Of a DNA stretch of 64,000 nucleotides, positions 1 to 9,122 are shown in pieces (position 1 is the stretch's first letter; the number at the start of each line of letters is the position of its first letter). The stretch comes from an uncultured Calditrichaceae bacterium. GTDB taxonomy: Bacteria; Calditrichota; Calditrichia; Calditrichales; Calditrichaceae. Under the pieces are notes generated by a model. That model was not told where the DNA came from. It made no database searches and worked only from the letters and a program-made list of their open reading frames with translations. The stretch spans positions 32,517 through 96,516 of the forward strand of contig CAYXRA010000002.1 of assembly GCA_964467525.1 (NCBI GenBank), given 5' to 3'. The position numbers were made by a program, and so were the translations under genes.

Positions 1-1622
1 AACAAATATACCTGACAGAAGCCGCTTCAATCGAAGTGGCTGCCTCTGAGGCGCCGCAAACACTCTCCACGGGGCAGACATTTCAGTACAGCCTGTCGGC
101 AAACCTGATCAGCGACCTGATCAATCCGGTGGCGCTGATCGAAACATCCGTGGGTTTGGGCGGGAATACGGTCAATATTCCACTGGATCAAAATAACGAA
201 GCCCAGTTGCAAATGTCTGTTCCTGCTCAATACAGCGGAACCGGCGCCGATACTATTCGCGCAATGCTCTACGGAACGGATGCCAACAGCGGCAAAACCG
301 TGACCGCCGCCGCGGTGGATGAAGAAATTGTAACGATTCAGAAAAAGGCCCGCTTAAGCTTGACCAATCCAAGGTTACTGCCCGATTTTGTTAACCGCTC
401 TAAGGAAATCTCACGCGGACAGGGCATCGAGGTCCGCGTGAAACCCGATTCCTCTGCAAAAACAGGCCCGCTGCCCTATGCAGCCATCACCGGTATCGGC
501 AGGGTTGCGCTCGATTCTTCGATAAAATCGCTGGGCTTCACCCTGGATGGCGGCGGTAGCTGGGAAAAATCATTTACCGGATACGGCCAGACGCTGAGCT
601 GGAAAATCAAAGCCCCGCGTGATACAAACGTGACGGTTAGTCTGAACCTGAAATTTACGCAGCTGCCGCTGGATGAAAATATCGGCGAACAAGCCGACAT
701 CGCCGCCGATTCCGGTATTGTTGGCATTCCGGTGCGGGTCAGACAGAAAACAGTTGAAGTGAATGTGCTCAATAATCTGATCACACAGAAACAGTTCAGC
801 AAGGGCGATCAAAACAGACCGCTTCTGGCCTTCAGAATTTCAAATGCTAATTACGATGAAAGTCTGAAAGTTAAAGGGGTGAACCTTGAATTCTTTACCA
901 GCACTGGTGCGCTGATTGAAGAGAATAAACTGAATTCCAAATCTCTGGTCAGTATGTTGAATACACTCAGCGTGGTGGATTACAGCGAAGCCGCATCGTT
1001 ACTTGCGAAACCAAAATCAGTTCGCAGTGTCGATGCATATATCGATTATCAGTTTACCGATACCACCGATAATCCGTTGTGGCTGAATTTCAGCGAAACG
1101 GCGGTAATTCCCGCGGGCGACATCGATACCATGGTAATCATTGCCGAATTTCAGGACAATGCGGTAAACCGTGGATTCCGGACCGTACTGCGAAATATTT
1201 TCGCTTATGACTACGATGAAAATACCGCCCTGGATATTATCGACAGCAGCGGTGTCAATATCACGCAGAGCGGGGCGTTTGAGTCGGAACCCTTAACTAT
1301 TGTTTCCGAAGATCCGGAAGACGCCTTTTACAATTATCCCAATCCCTTCGGCAGACAGTATCCCTCCACATGGATTAAATTCCGTCTCGAAAATCCTTCG
1401 GATGTGCAGATACGTATTTTTACCCTGTTAGGTGAGCTGGTCTGGAGTTGGGAAGGCAGCGACCTGCCCGGGGGTCTGTACGAAAATCTGGTACGCTGGG
1501 ACGGAAAGAATGATCGCGGTAATATTGTTTTAAACGGTGTTTATCTGGGCACCATCGATATTAAGCCGCAAAACGGTCAGTCGGCCAAAAGATATATAAC
1601 AAAGATCGCTTTCATAAAATAA
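1..1622 (+). CDS. Secreted protein with T9SS C-terminal sorting domain, 5'-truncated at the window edge
   Basis: The reading frame is open from nt 3 to the stop at 1620-1622, and the tracked start at 36 is only an internal GTG. The last ~90 aa (YPNPFGRQ...VQIRIFTLLGELVW...WDGKNDRGNIVLNGVYL...) fit the T9SS type-A / FlgD-Ig-like C-terminal domain pattern. I do not recognise the rest. Confidence 0.6.
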   Translation, partial: QIYLTEAASIEVAASEAPQTLSTGQTFQYSLSANLISDLINPVALIETSVGLGGNTVNIPLDQNNEAQLQMSVPAQYSGTGADTIRAMLYGTDANSGKTVTAAAVDEEIVTIQKKARLSLTNPRLLPDFVNRSKEISRGQGIEVRVKPDSSAKTGPLPYAAITGIGRVALDSSIKSLGFTLDGGGSWEKSFTGYGQTLSWKIKAPRDTNVTVSLNLKFTQLPLDENIGEQADIAADSGIVGIPVRVRQKTVEVNVLNNLITQKQFSKGDQNRPLLAFRISNANYDESLKVKGVNLEFFTSTGALIEENKLNSKSLVSMLNTLSVVDYSEAASLLAKPKSVRSVDAYIDYQFTDTTDNPLWLNFSETAVIPAGDIDTMVIIAEFQDNAVNRGFRTVLRNIFAYDYDENTALDIIDSSGVNITQSGAFESEPLTIVSEDPEDAFYNYPNPFGRQYPSTWIKFRLENPSDVQIRIFTLLGELVWSWEGSDLPGGLYENLVRWDGKNDRGNIVLNGVYLGTIDIKPQNGQSAKRYITKIAFIK

Positions 1623-1636
1623 ACGAGAGAATAATC

Positions 1637-3547
1637 ATGCGCAGTGATTTTATAAAAATAATTTGTCCGGCATTTTTAATAGTGCTGCTCGCCACGCAGA
1701 TGAATTATGCCGAAGAAGGTCAGGCCGGAACGGAAAGTAATATTAAAATGGGATTCGGCGCCAGAGCGCTTGGTCTGGGTCAGGCTTTTACGGCGATGGC
1801 CGATGATCCCACCGCCGTGTTCTGGAATCCGTCCGGTCTGGAATTTGTCCATCAGCAAAGCGTCACCTTCTTTCATACCACGCTTTTCGAGGGTACGATG
1901 TACGACTTTTTAGGTTATGCATATCCGACCTTAAACCTGGGTACCTTCGGAATCGGCGTCGGCAGGATAGGCACCGGCAATGTTACGCAGCGCGATATCC
2001 TGGGCAATGATTTGGGCAATTTTACTTTTGAGGAATACCACGGATTTTTTTCCTACGCCAAAAAACTGCCCTGGGATTTTACCGGCGGGCTTAGCGTTCG
2101 GGTAATCCGTCGCGGCTGGAACAGTTTGCAGGAAGAAGGCGATCTGGTCGATACGGGGGTGGGGCTGGATTTCGGTATGATGTACAAACCGCAAATCTTT
2201 ACCTCGGTGCTTTTGCGGGACTGGAGTTTCGGTCTGAGTCTGCGCAATTTATTTGCTCCGCAGGTTAATGAGGGCGAAGCTATTGATGAATTTCCGTTAA
2301 CAGTGCGTCTGGGCATTCTAAGAAAACTTTATCTGATGGGTGAAGGAAATCGGCTCAACTTTTTAATGGATTTCGATTATTCTGAAAAAAGAGATTTACT
2401 GCTTCATTTTGGTTTGGAATACCGTTTCAGGGAAATGGGCATGCTGCGCGCCGGTTTCGACGGCAAAGGATTAACCTTCGGCGCCGGTACGCAATACAGC
2501 ATTTTTCAGATTGATTATGCATTCGGAAGCAGTCCTTATGCTGATGTATTCTCATCGGTACACCGTTTTTCATTATCTGTGAATTTTGGCCGCAATCGTG
2601 ATGAGATGTTCGAAATTGTCGCCGCCGAACAAAAGGCTGAAGAAGAACGCATTATTGCCGAAATAAGAGAAGCAGACCGGCAGCGTTATATCGCTGAGCA
2701 TCTGAAGCAGGGAGAAGAATACTTTGAAGAAGAACGTTATCTGGATGCTATGGTTGAGTATCGTCAGGTATTATTGCAGGATGCCTACAACAACCGGGCC
2801 CGTGTGATGATCGATTCATCGGAAGCGCTCCTGCAGAAAGAATTCGACGAACGGCAGTCAAGCGCCGTACAGCAGGCTTTGGATAAAGATCGTGCCGAAA
2901 GTGACCGAGCGTTTGTAACAGAGCATTTTGAAAAAGGACGGAACTATCTGCAAAATAACCAGTTCACCGAGGCTTTGATAGAATTCAACATTGCCCTGGA
3001 ACGTGATCCGGATAATGAAACGATTATCAATGCCATTAATACCACCGAGCGCCGGATAAGTGAAGAAACGTCCAGACTTATCCAGCAGGGCAGAAGGGAA
3101 TTCCAGGCCGGTAATTATTCGGAGGCCTTGCGACTTTTAGGTGATGCTCGTATTTTAGGCGGTGACGACGCGGAGATTCAACGTGAAATAGCCACGCTCG
3201 CTGAGCGCATCAGGCTGACTGAAAATATTCAACGCGGTCTGGAATTGTTTGATATCGGTGAATTCCAGCAGGCGCTTTCCATCTTCGAAGAAGCTCTGAA
3301 TGTTGATCCGGATAACGAACTGGTTCGCCAGTATTACGAACGGGCAAAAATAGAAACTGCCGGCGACCAGGAAAAAATGAGTCCGGAAGCAGAGAAACGC
3401 TATTTACAGGGTGTGGATAAATTCTTGCTTGGCAAGTACGGAGAAGCTATTGAGATATGGGAAAAAATACTGCAGGATTACCCATATAATAAAAAAGTAC
3501 TGACCGCAATAAGAGGAGCCCGGGAGCGACTGAAAGGTCAAAAATAA
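1637..3547 (+). CDS. PorV/PorQ-like outer-membrane beta-barrel fused to a coiled-coil/TPR domain
   Basis: Hydrophobic N-terminal signal, then GARALGLGQAFTAMADDPTAVFWNPSGL, a motif I associate with PorV/PorQ-type barrels. About 300 aa follow with alternating beta-strand character. The C-terminal ~330 aa hold a charged coiled coil plus TPR-like repeats (NNQFTEALIEFNIALERDPDN, GEFQQALSIFEEALNVDPDN, GKYGEAIEIWEKIL). Starts 14 nt after the upstream gene. Confidence 0.55.
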   Translation: MRSDFIKIICPAFLIVLLATQMNYAEEGQAGTESNIKMGFGARALGLGQAFTAMADDPTAVFWNPSGLEFVHQQSVTFFHTTLFEGTMYDFLGYAYPTLNLGTFGIGVGRIGTGNVTQRDILGNDLGNFTFEEYHGFFSYAKKLPWDFTGGLSVRVIRRGWNSLQEEGDLVDTGVGLDFGMMYKPQIFTSVLLRDWSFGLSLRNLFAPQVNEGEAIDEFPLTVRLGILRKLYLMGEGNRLNFLMDFDYSEKRDLLLHFGLEYRFREMGMLRAGFDGKGLTFGAGTQYSIFQIDYAFGSSPYADVFSSVHRFSLSVNFGRNRDEMFEIVAAEQKAEEERIIAEIREADRQRYIAEHLKQGEEYFEEERYLDAMVEYRQVLLQDAYNNRARVMIDSSEALLQKEFDERQSSAVQQALDKDRAESDRAFVTEHFEKGRNYLQNNQFTEALIEFNIALERDPDNETIINAINTTERRISEETSRLIQQGRREFQAGNYSEALRLLGDARILGGDDAEIQREIATLAERIRLTENIQRGLELFDIGEFQQALSIFEEALNVDPDNELVRQYYERAKIETAGDQEKMSPEAEKRYLQGVDKFLLGKYGEAIEIWEKILQDYPYNKKVLTAIRGARERLKGQK

Positions 3548-3566
3548 TCAAACACGGACGAGTTAA

Positions 3567-6500
3567 ATGTTCAAAAATGTCAAAAAAGAAGAAATAACGA
3601 TTCCGGCACAGATGAGTTACCTCTTGCAGGTGCGCGAATTTATCGAGCACATCGGCAAAAAATACCGCTATGAAGACAAGCTGGTAAACTCATTCAAGCT
3701 GGTGATCGATGAGGCCTGTACCAATGTCATTCGTCATGGTTACCGCGATATCAAAAACGGTGAGATCACCATAAAAGCAATTATCCGCCGTCTCAGTCTG
3801 ACGATAATTATTGTCGACAAGGGAAAGAGTTATGATATACGTCAGGCCAACACGCCTGATCTGGCCAAATATGTGGATATCGGTAAACGGGGCGGACTGG
3901 GCATCCTAATGATGCGTAAGCTGATGGATGATATCCAGTATTCGGTTACCGAACGCGGCAATGAGATGCGCTTAACGAAATATCGCGAAAATTTGCGGGA
4001 ATCGGCCCTGATGCAGCGCTGGCAGTCGCTGAATATGCGCGTTAAATACTCGATTTTTGCATCGATCATTTTCACCCTCGTTTGTGTGATTATTTTCGCA
4101 CCGCTTTTTTTCAGCGTTAACAGCGATGTCCAGGATGAAGTGTTCAGAGCCACGGCCTCCGGAACGCGATCGCTTGCCGACAATGCGATCAATGACATGT
4201 TAAACGGTCTGGATTTTCTTTTATCCGAAAAATCCCGCTCGCTTAAAAATAACTATAAAAATATTATAGAAGAAGTTTACATTGTAGATGAAGACAGTGC
4301 AGTTATAGCTGTCGCTAATCCGGCAAAATATGATTCTCTTGGCCGGTATACGATCCCTGCGCGGGCGGCATTAGTCGATACCATTGGTCAGGTATCCATT
4401 TATAAATATCCCGTAAATGATTCGCTGGCCGTATTTGACCTGAGTACGGAGATCAGGGAAGACCTGATGGGCGGCGGCGATATTCTGGGGTATGTCCATG
4501 TCTGGATCGATCAACAGAAACTGACCGATCTGAGCAATAATAAAAAGATAAGCCTGGCCATTATTTTAACCGTTATACTGATCATTGGCTATTTAAGCGC
4601 TTTCTTCCTCATTCATCGAATCCTGATGCCTTTCCACAGTCTGGCCGACTGGGTTCGGCAGGTTGTGCGCGGCAAGGTCGATCAGGATGAAATCGACATC
4701 GATGCTTCCGACGAACTAGGTGAAATTGCCCAGGCCTTTAATGAAATGACCAATAAATTCCGCGAGGCGCAGGTTACTCTCGTGGAACAGGAAAAGCTTC
4801 AGAAAGAGCTGCAGGTTGCCCAGGAAATTCAGCAAATGCTGCTTCCCAGTGATTTTCCCCATGTAGAAGGTTATGAAATAGCTTCCTATTATGAGGCGGC
4901 CAAGGAGGTGGGCGGCGACCTGTTTGATTTTGTTGATGTCGATGAAGATACGATTGGTATTTGTGTGGCCGACGTTGCCGGTAAAGGCGTGCCCGGTTCG
5001 ATGATTATGACAATGATCCGTACGGCATTGCGCCTTGAATCCCGCGGGAATAAGAATCCGGCCGATGTACTGGCAAAGGTTAACCGCTTTGTTGCCGATG
5101 ATATGAAACGCGGTATGTTTGTTACCATGTTTTATCTTATCCTCGATTCACGCAACCGGATTATTCACTATGCCAGCGCCGGCCACAATCCTATGATCCT
5201 CTACCGCCGGTCGGCCAGGCAAACCTACTATTTGAATCCATCGGGATTTCCTGTAGGTATCCAGTTACCGGATCTGACGCTTTTTGACAGGAAAATCGAA
5301 ACCGATTCCATTCGCCTGCAGGAAGATGATATTTTAGTGCTTTATACCGACGGTATCACCGAGGCAATGAATATTGAAAGAGAGCTCTACCGCGAAGAAC
5401 GTTTCCTCGATGCCATTCGCGATAATGCGCACCTGGACGTCGGAGAGTTTGTCAAAAGCATTAACAGCGACATAAAAACATTCACCGGCGGGGCGCAGCA
5501 AAATGATGACATCACTTTTGTTTCAATCAAAGAAAAATTAATGCAGAGCGAAGTGATACTGCGCGTACATGAAAAACTGGTGAATATGATCGATAACGGT
5601 AAAACCGTTAAAGACGCACTGGAAGAATTACGCGTATCCCCGCATTTTTACTACAAACATAAAAATATTATCGACCGTAAGGGGATCGCCGGTTTAAAGC
5701 AGTATTTGGAAGAACAGGATTACATAGAAAAGAAACACCTGTCCATAGAGACCAAAGCAAAATTATTTGACATTATCCGCGAGCATCCGGACTATGGCCC
5801 GAAACGCATCTGTCATGAACTGCGCGGGGATAAATACGGCAATACCAAAATCGATGATAACCGCCTTTACAATGAACTGGTAAAAATGCGCCTGAATACC
5901 GAAGAACGACGTCGCAAATTTATTGAAAAAGGCGGAAAAAAGCGTCTGAAGCAACCGGGTACGCCGCTGCTGACACTGGATGGCCAGGTTATATTAAATT
6001 TTGAATCTGCGGAAAAACAGGTAAGCGGAGGTAAGAAAGACGAGGCCAACCAGCATTCCAAACAGATGCCGCCGCCTCCGAAACCGGATGAATCAAAACC
6101 GGTCAAAAAAGAAATTATTAAAAGTGCCGACAAACCGGAACCGGGTTTGGAAGCAGCAAGCGCTGATAAATCACCAGGTAAAATGATGCATAAACCGGCG
6201 CGTTATTTTGAATCCAAAGAGGAAGTTAAATCCGCCGATCAGCAACAGACGCTGCCCGAACCGGATAAGAAAAAATCAGAGAAAAAGAGACAGGCGCAGC
6301 CGGCTGCGGAGAAAAAGCAAATAAAAGAAAAAGAAACAAAAAAGGAAAAAGAGCCTGAAGTTGAAGCCGAAATAAGAAAAGCAACGCCGACTAAAGAAGA
6401 ACTCCTCGAACAAGTAAACGGCAGCATTGACCAGAAGAAAATCTCAAAATTCTTTTCACTCGTTGATGATGATTTGCAGGTAATTGTACAGAAAATCAGA

Positions 6501-6929
6501 AGTCTGCATCAGAGCGATCAGATCGGGCCGGACATAAAAAAAATTAATTTAATACTGAAAATTATCCTAAAACATCCGATGCTGAAAGAACTGGGATATA
6601 TAAAGCAGGTATTTGAGCAAGTTCAGGAGATTTTCGGCTTTATAGACTATCATATAGAAGAGATAGAACAGAAGGATATCTATGCAAATGTCAAAGATTT
6701 GTTGAATTATTTTGAAAAAGACAATAAATTAGGTAATTACAATAACTTGTTAGAGGCAATCAATCAGATCGGACTAATTAACAGAAAAATCCGGGCAAAA
6801 ATAAAACCCAAAGATTCAAAACAAGATGATAAAATATTAAAAATCCGGGAAAAGTTAGCCCAAAAGAAAGTAATTACAAAAAAAGAATTATTAGAATCGT
6901 TGTCAAAGGATAAAGAGGGCAGCGCCTGA
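3567..6929 (+). CDS. Fusion protein: RsbW/SpoIIAB-like Ser kinase, 2 TM with extracytoplasmic loop, HAMP, PP2C (SpoIIE/RsbU) phosphatase, HTH_21-like module, K/E/P-rich linker, helical C-terminal domain
   Basis: Kinase motifs: N-box DEACTNVIRHGY, G-boxes DKGKSYD and GGLGILMMRKLMD. TM segments YSIFASIIFTLVCVIIFAPLFF and ISLAIILTVILIIGYLSAFFLIH. HAMP-like SDELGEIAQAFNEMT. PP2C motifs EIQQMLLP, GGDLFDF, VADVAGKGVPGSMIM, YTDGITEA, NDDITFV. Then IIREHPDYGPKRICHELRG...LYNELVKMRLN. RBS-like GGACGAG lies upstream of the ATG. Confidence 0.8.
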   Translation: MFKNVKKEEITIPAQMSYLLQVREFIEHIGKKYRYEDKLVNSFKLVIDEACTNVIRHGYRDIKNGEITIKAIIRRLSLTIIIVDKGKSYDIRQANTPDLAKYVDIGKRGGLGILMMRKLMDDIQYSVTERGNEMRLTKYRENLRESALMQRWQSLNMRVKYSIFASIIFTLVCVIIFAPLFFSVNSDVQDEVFRATASGTRSLADNAINDMLNGLDFLLSEKSRSLKNNYKNIIEEVYIVDEDSAVIAVANPAKYDSLGRYTIPARAALVDTIGQVSIYKYPVNDSLAVFDLSTEIREDLMGGGDILGYVHVWIDQQKLTDLSNNKKISLAIILTVILIIGYLSAFFLIHRILMPFHSLADWVRQVVRGKVDQDEIDIDASDELGEIAQAFNEMTNKFREAQVTLVEQEKLQKELQVAQEIQQMLLPSDFPHVEGYEIASYYEAAKEVGGDLFDFVDVDEDTIGICVADVAGKGVPGSMIMTMIRTALRLESRGNKNPADVLAKVNRFVADDMKRGMFVTMFYLILDSRNRIIHYASAGHNPMILYRRSARQTYYLNPSGFPVGIQLPDLTLFDRKIETDSIRLQEDDILVLYTDGITEAMNIERELYREERFLDAIRDNAHLDVGEFVKSINSDIKTFTGGAQQNDDITFVSIKEKLMQSEVILRVHEKLVNMIDNGKTVKDALEELRVSPHFYYKHKNIIDRKGIAGLKQYLEEQDYIEKKHLSIETKAKLFDIIREHPDYGPKRICHELRGDKYGNTKIDDNRLYNELVKMRLNTEERRRKFIEKGGKKRLKQPGTPLLTLDGQVILNFESAEKQVSGGKKDEANQHSKQMPPPPKPDESKPVKKEIIKSADKPEPGLEAASADKSPGKMMHKPARYFESKEEVKSADQQQTLPEPDKKKSEKKRQAQPAAEKKQIKEKETKKEKEPEVEAEIRKATPTKEELLEQVNGSIDQKKISKFFSLVDDDLQVIVQKIRSLHQSDQIGPDIKKINLILKIILKHPMLKELGYIKQVFEQVQEIFGFIDYHIEEIEQKDIYANVKDLLNYFEKDNKLGNYNNLLEAINQIGLINRKIRAKIKPKDSKQDDKILKIREKLAQKKVITKKELLESLSKDKEGSA

Positions 6930-6958
6930 TTAATTGAATTCCTTTAAAGGAGGCTTGA

Positions 6959-7660
6959 ATGGAAGGAATACAGGTCTCAACCGAGATCGCCGGTAGCCGG
7001 AATCACATTTCAATCATTAAAGTTGGTGGGTACATCGATACAACCACCTCATCCGAACTCGAACGGGCTTTGGATTCACTGTTAAAGCAAGGTCGTTTCT
7101 ATATTATTATCGACCTGGGTAATGTCGACTATATCAGTAGCGCCGGCTGGGGTATTTTCATCAGTGAAATTAAGTCAATCCGGGAGAACGGCGGCGATTT
7201 AAAATTGGTACGCATGGTTCCCGATGTGTATGAGATTTTCGAATTACTGGAGTTTCATCATATTCTCGATGTCTACGATACGGTAGATGAAGCTATAAAT
7301 AAGTTTGAAATGCTTGAGGCAGCGGGAAAACCGGTGGCAAAAGAAATATCCCTGCCGAAAGCCGAGCCGGAACAGGAAACTACAGGTTCCGGGGAAAAAC
7401 AAGAACGTAAAGAAACCTCTGAAGCCGTTATCGCAGAAGAAGAAAAAGAACAGGTAAATCCGGCTGACCTGAGTCTCGATGAAAAACTGAGAATGATTAT
7501 TCGTGAAAATCCCTCCTATGGGGCGTTTAAAATTAAAAAAGAGCTCAATACAGCAAAGTACGGTTATACTAAAGTAGGCTGGTTTATCGTACGTTCCGAG
7601 CTTTCCAAGTTAAACCTGAATACCCGTGCACGCAGATACGAATATGCCACCTCGTTATAA
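6959..7660 (+). CDS. STAS-domain anti-sigma-antagonist-like protein (SpoIIAA/RsbV family) with acidic linker and C-terminal HTH_21-like module
   Basis: The STAS core includes VDYISSAGWGIF, with the candidate phospho-Ser in DYISSAG, and KLVRMVPDVYEIFELLEFHHIL. An E-rich linker follows, then IIRENPSYGAFKIKKELN...VRSELSKLNLN. Strong RBS AAAGGAGG lies upstream. Confidence 0.8.
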   Translation: MEGIQVSTEIAGSRNHISIIKVGGYIDTTTSSELERALDSLLKQGRFYIIIDLGNVDYISSAGWGIFISEIKSIRENGGDLKLVRMVPDVYEIFELLEFHHILDVYDTVDEAINKFEMLEAAGKPVAKEISLPKAEPEQETTGSGEKQERKETSEAVIAEEEKEQVNPADLSLDEKLRMIIRENPSYGAFKIKKELNTAKYGYTKVGWFIVRSELSKLNLNTRARRYEYATSL

Positions 7661-7674
7661 ACAGGGAGATCATT

Positions 7675-8175
7675 ATGCATACGGTTTTGGATATTGCATT
7701 GGTTTCAGTGCTCGTATTTTCCGTGTTTTCTAATTTTTATGGTTTTCCCGGTAATTTTCTCATCGCTCTCGGCAGTCTTTTCTATGGCGTTGGTACCGGC
7801 TTCCGTGAAATTACCGTTTCTTTTGTTATCATAATATTTTGCGTTGTGCTGTTCATCGAATTTGTTGAATTTCTGTTAATCGCATTTACAGCCAGGAAAT
7901 ACGGATCGTCAAAGTGGGGCATTTTCGGAGCGATATTCGGCGGGGTTATCGGTGCTATCGGCGGTACCTATTTTTCACCGTTGCTAGGCGTCATCATCGG
8001 TTCTTCAATCGGCGTTTTTCTCGGGGCGTTTATATTAGAGCTGATTAATAATTCTAATGTGAAACAAAGTCTGCTTTCAGGATTCGGTGCATTTCTGGGC
8101 AGAGTTGGGGGGCTTTCCATAAAGATGATCGGTGCGGTTACCATGGCAAGCATGATCTTATTGAGAATCATATAA
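7675..8175 (+). CDS. Small polytopic membrane protein, DUF456-like
   Basis: 166 aa with four hydrophobic Gly-rich segments. FYGFPGNFLIALGSLFYG near the N-terminus resembles DUF456 proteins as I recall them. It is the last gene of the operon, starting 14 nt after the STAS gene. Confidence 0.45.
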   Translation: MHTVLDIALVSVLVFSVFSNFYGFPGNFLIALGSLFYGVGTGFREITVSFVIIIFCVVLFIEFVEFLLIAFTARKYGSSKWGIFGAIFGGVIGAIGGTYFSPLLGVIIGSSIGVFLGAFILELINNSNVKQSLLSGFGAFLGRVGGLSIKMIGAVTMASMILLRII

Positions 8176-8204
8176 ATTGATTTCAAATAGTATTAAATTG
8201 TCTT

Positions 8205-8237
8205 CCCGAAATGATTCGTCATTCCGGGATTTTTTTT
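8205..8237 (+). terminator. Rho-independent terminator candidate closing the 1-8175 operon
   Basis: CCCGAAATGA-TTCG-TCATTCCGGG forms a 10-position stem with one mismatch, followed by a run of 8 T. Confidence 0.5.
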
Positions 8238-8449
8238 ATCAAACCTTTATACGGCTATCTCATTAAAGTTTTTAACGTTTTGGATTAGTAATGAATTTAC
8301 GCAGATCATTTATTTGGTGCCGTTTAAATTAATTGAAACTTATGAACGTCAGACAGGTTATTAATTTAAATTTGATTTTAATAAATAAAAATAATAAGTA
8401 ATAAAACAGCTAAAGGCATTGTAAACGAAGAAAAGCCCGAAAAGATCAA

Positions 8450-9118
8450 ATGAAGAGGGAAGCGGCTTTGAAACGATATCTTATTTTTGCGTTGATTATG
8501 TTCGCGCTGAAACCGATTTTTGCACAGGAAGTCACGCCGGTGCGCATCAAATATGACGGCGGCGGAGACTGGTACGGAAATAAAACCACCTGGAAGAATA
8601 TTTTAAGTAAAGCAGAAGATGTGCTGGGCCTCGAAGTTACGGATCGTGAGGCGGCTTACCGAATTTTGGATCCGGAATTCAGGCAATATCCGATCGCTTA
8701 TATTTCAGGACACGGCAATATTCATTTTTCTGAAAGGGAAGCACATGCCCTGCGTGAATATTTAATAAACGGCGGATTTCTCTTCGCCGATGATGACTAC
8801 GGGATGGATCAATCATTTCGCCGCGAAATGAAGAAAGTATTTCCGGAACTCGAATTTGTCGATCTGCCGTTTTCTCACACAATCTATCATATTTTTTATC
8901 AGTTTGACAAAGGATTGCCAAAGATTCACGAACATGACGGCGGACCGCCCAGGGGGCTGGGATTGATTTATGAGGATCGTCTGGTATGTTTTTACAGTCT
9001 GAATACCGACATCAGTGATGGCTGTGAAGATCCGGAAATTCACAACGATCCGCCCGATGTGCGTTCCAAAGCGCTAAAAATGGCGCTGAATATCTTATTA
9101 TACGCCATATTAAATTAA
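8450..9118 (+). CDS. DUF4159 domain protein
   Basis: Signal peptide, YDGGGDWY, YPIAYISGHGNIHFSEREAHALREYLINGGFLFADDDYG, LPKIHEHDG and DPEIHNDP match my recollection of the DUF4159 family consensus. Confidence 0.65.
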   Translation: MKREAALKRYLIFALIMFALKPIFAQEVTPVRIKYDGGGDWYGNKTTWKNILSKAEDVLGLEVTDREAAYRILDPEFRQYPIAYISGHGNIHFSEREAHALREYLINGGFLFADDDYGMDQSFRREMKKVFPELEFVDLPFSHTIYHIFYQFDKGLPKIHEHDGGPPRGLGLIYEDRLVCFYSLNTDISDGCEDPEIHNDPPDVRSKALKMALNILLYAILN

Positions 9119-9122
9119 AACC

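Noticed and set aside
6040-6420. A-rich and GAA/AAA-rich stretch that looks like a simple-sequence repeat. A similar stretch occurs at 54880-55030 in rpsB.
   Set aside because: It is in frame and encodes K/E/P-rich low-complexity linker or tail segments of the PP2C fusion protein and of S2. It is not a discrete DNA repeat unit.
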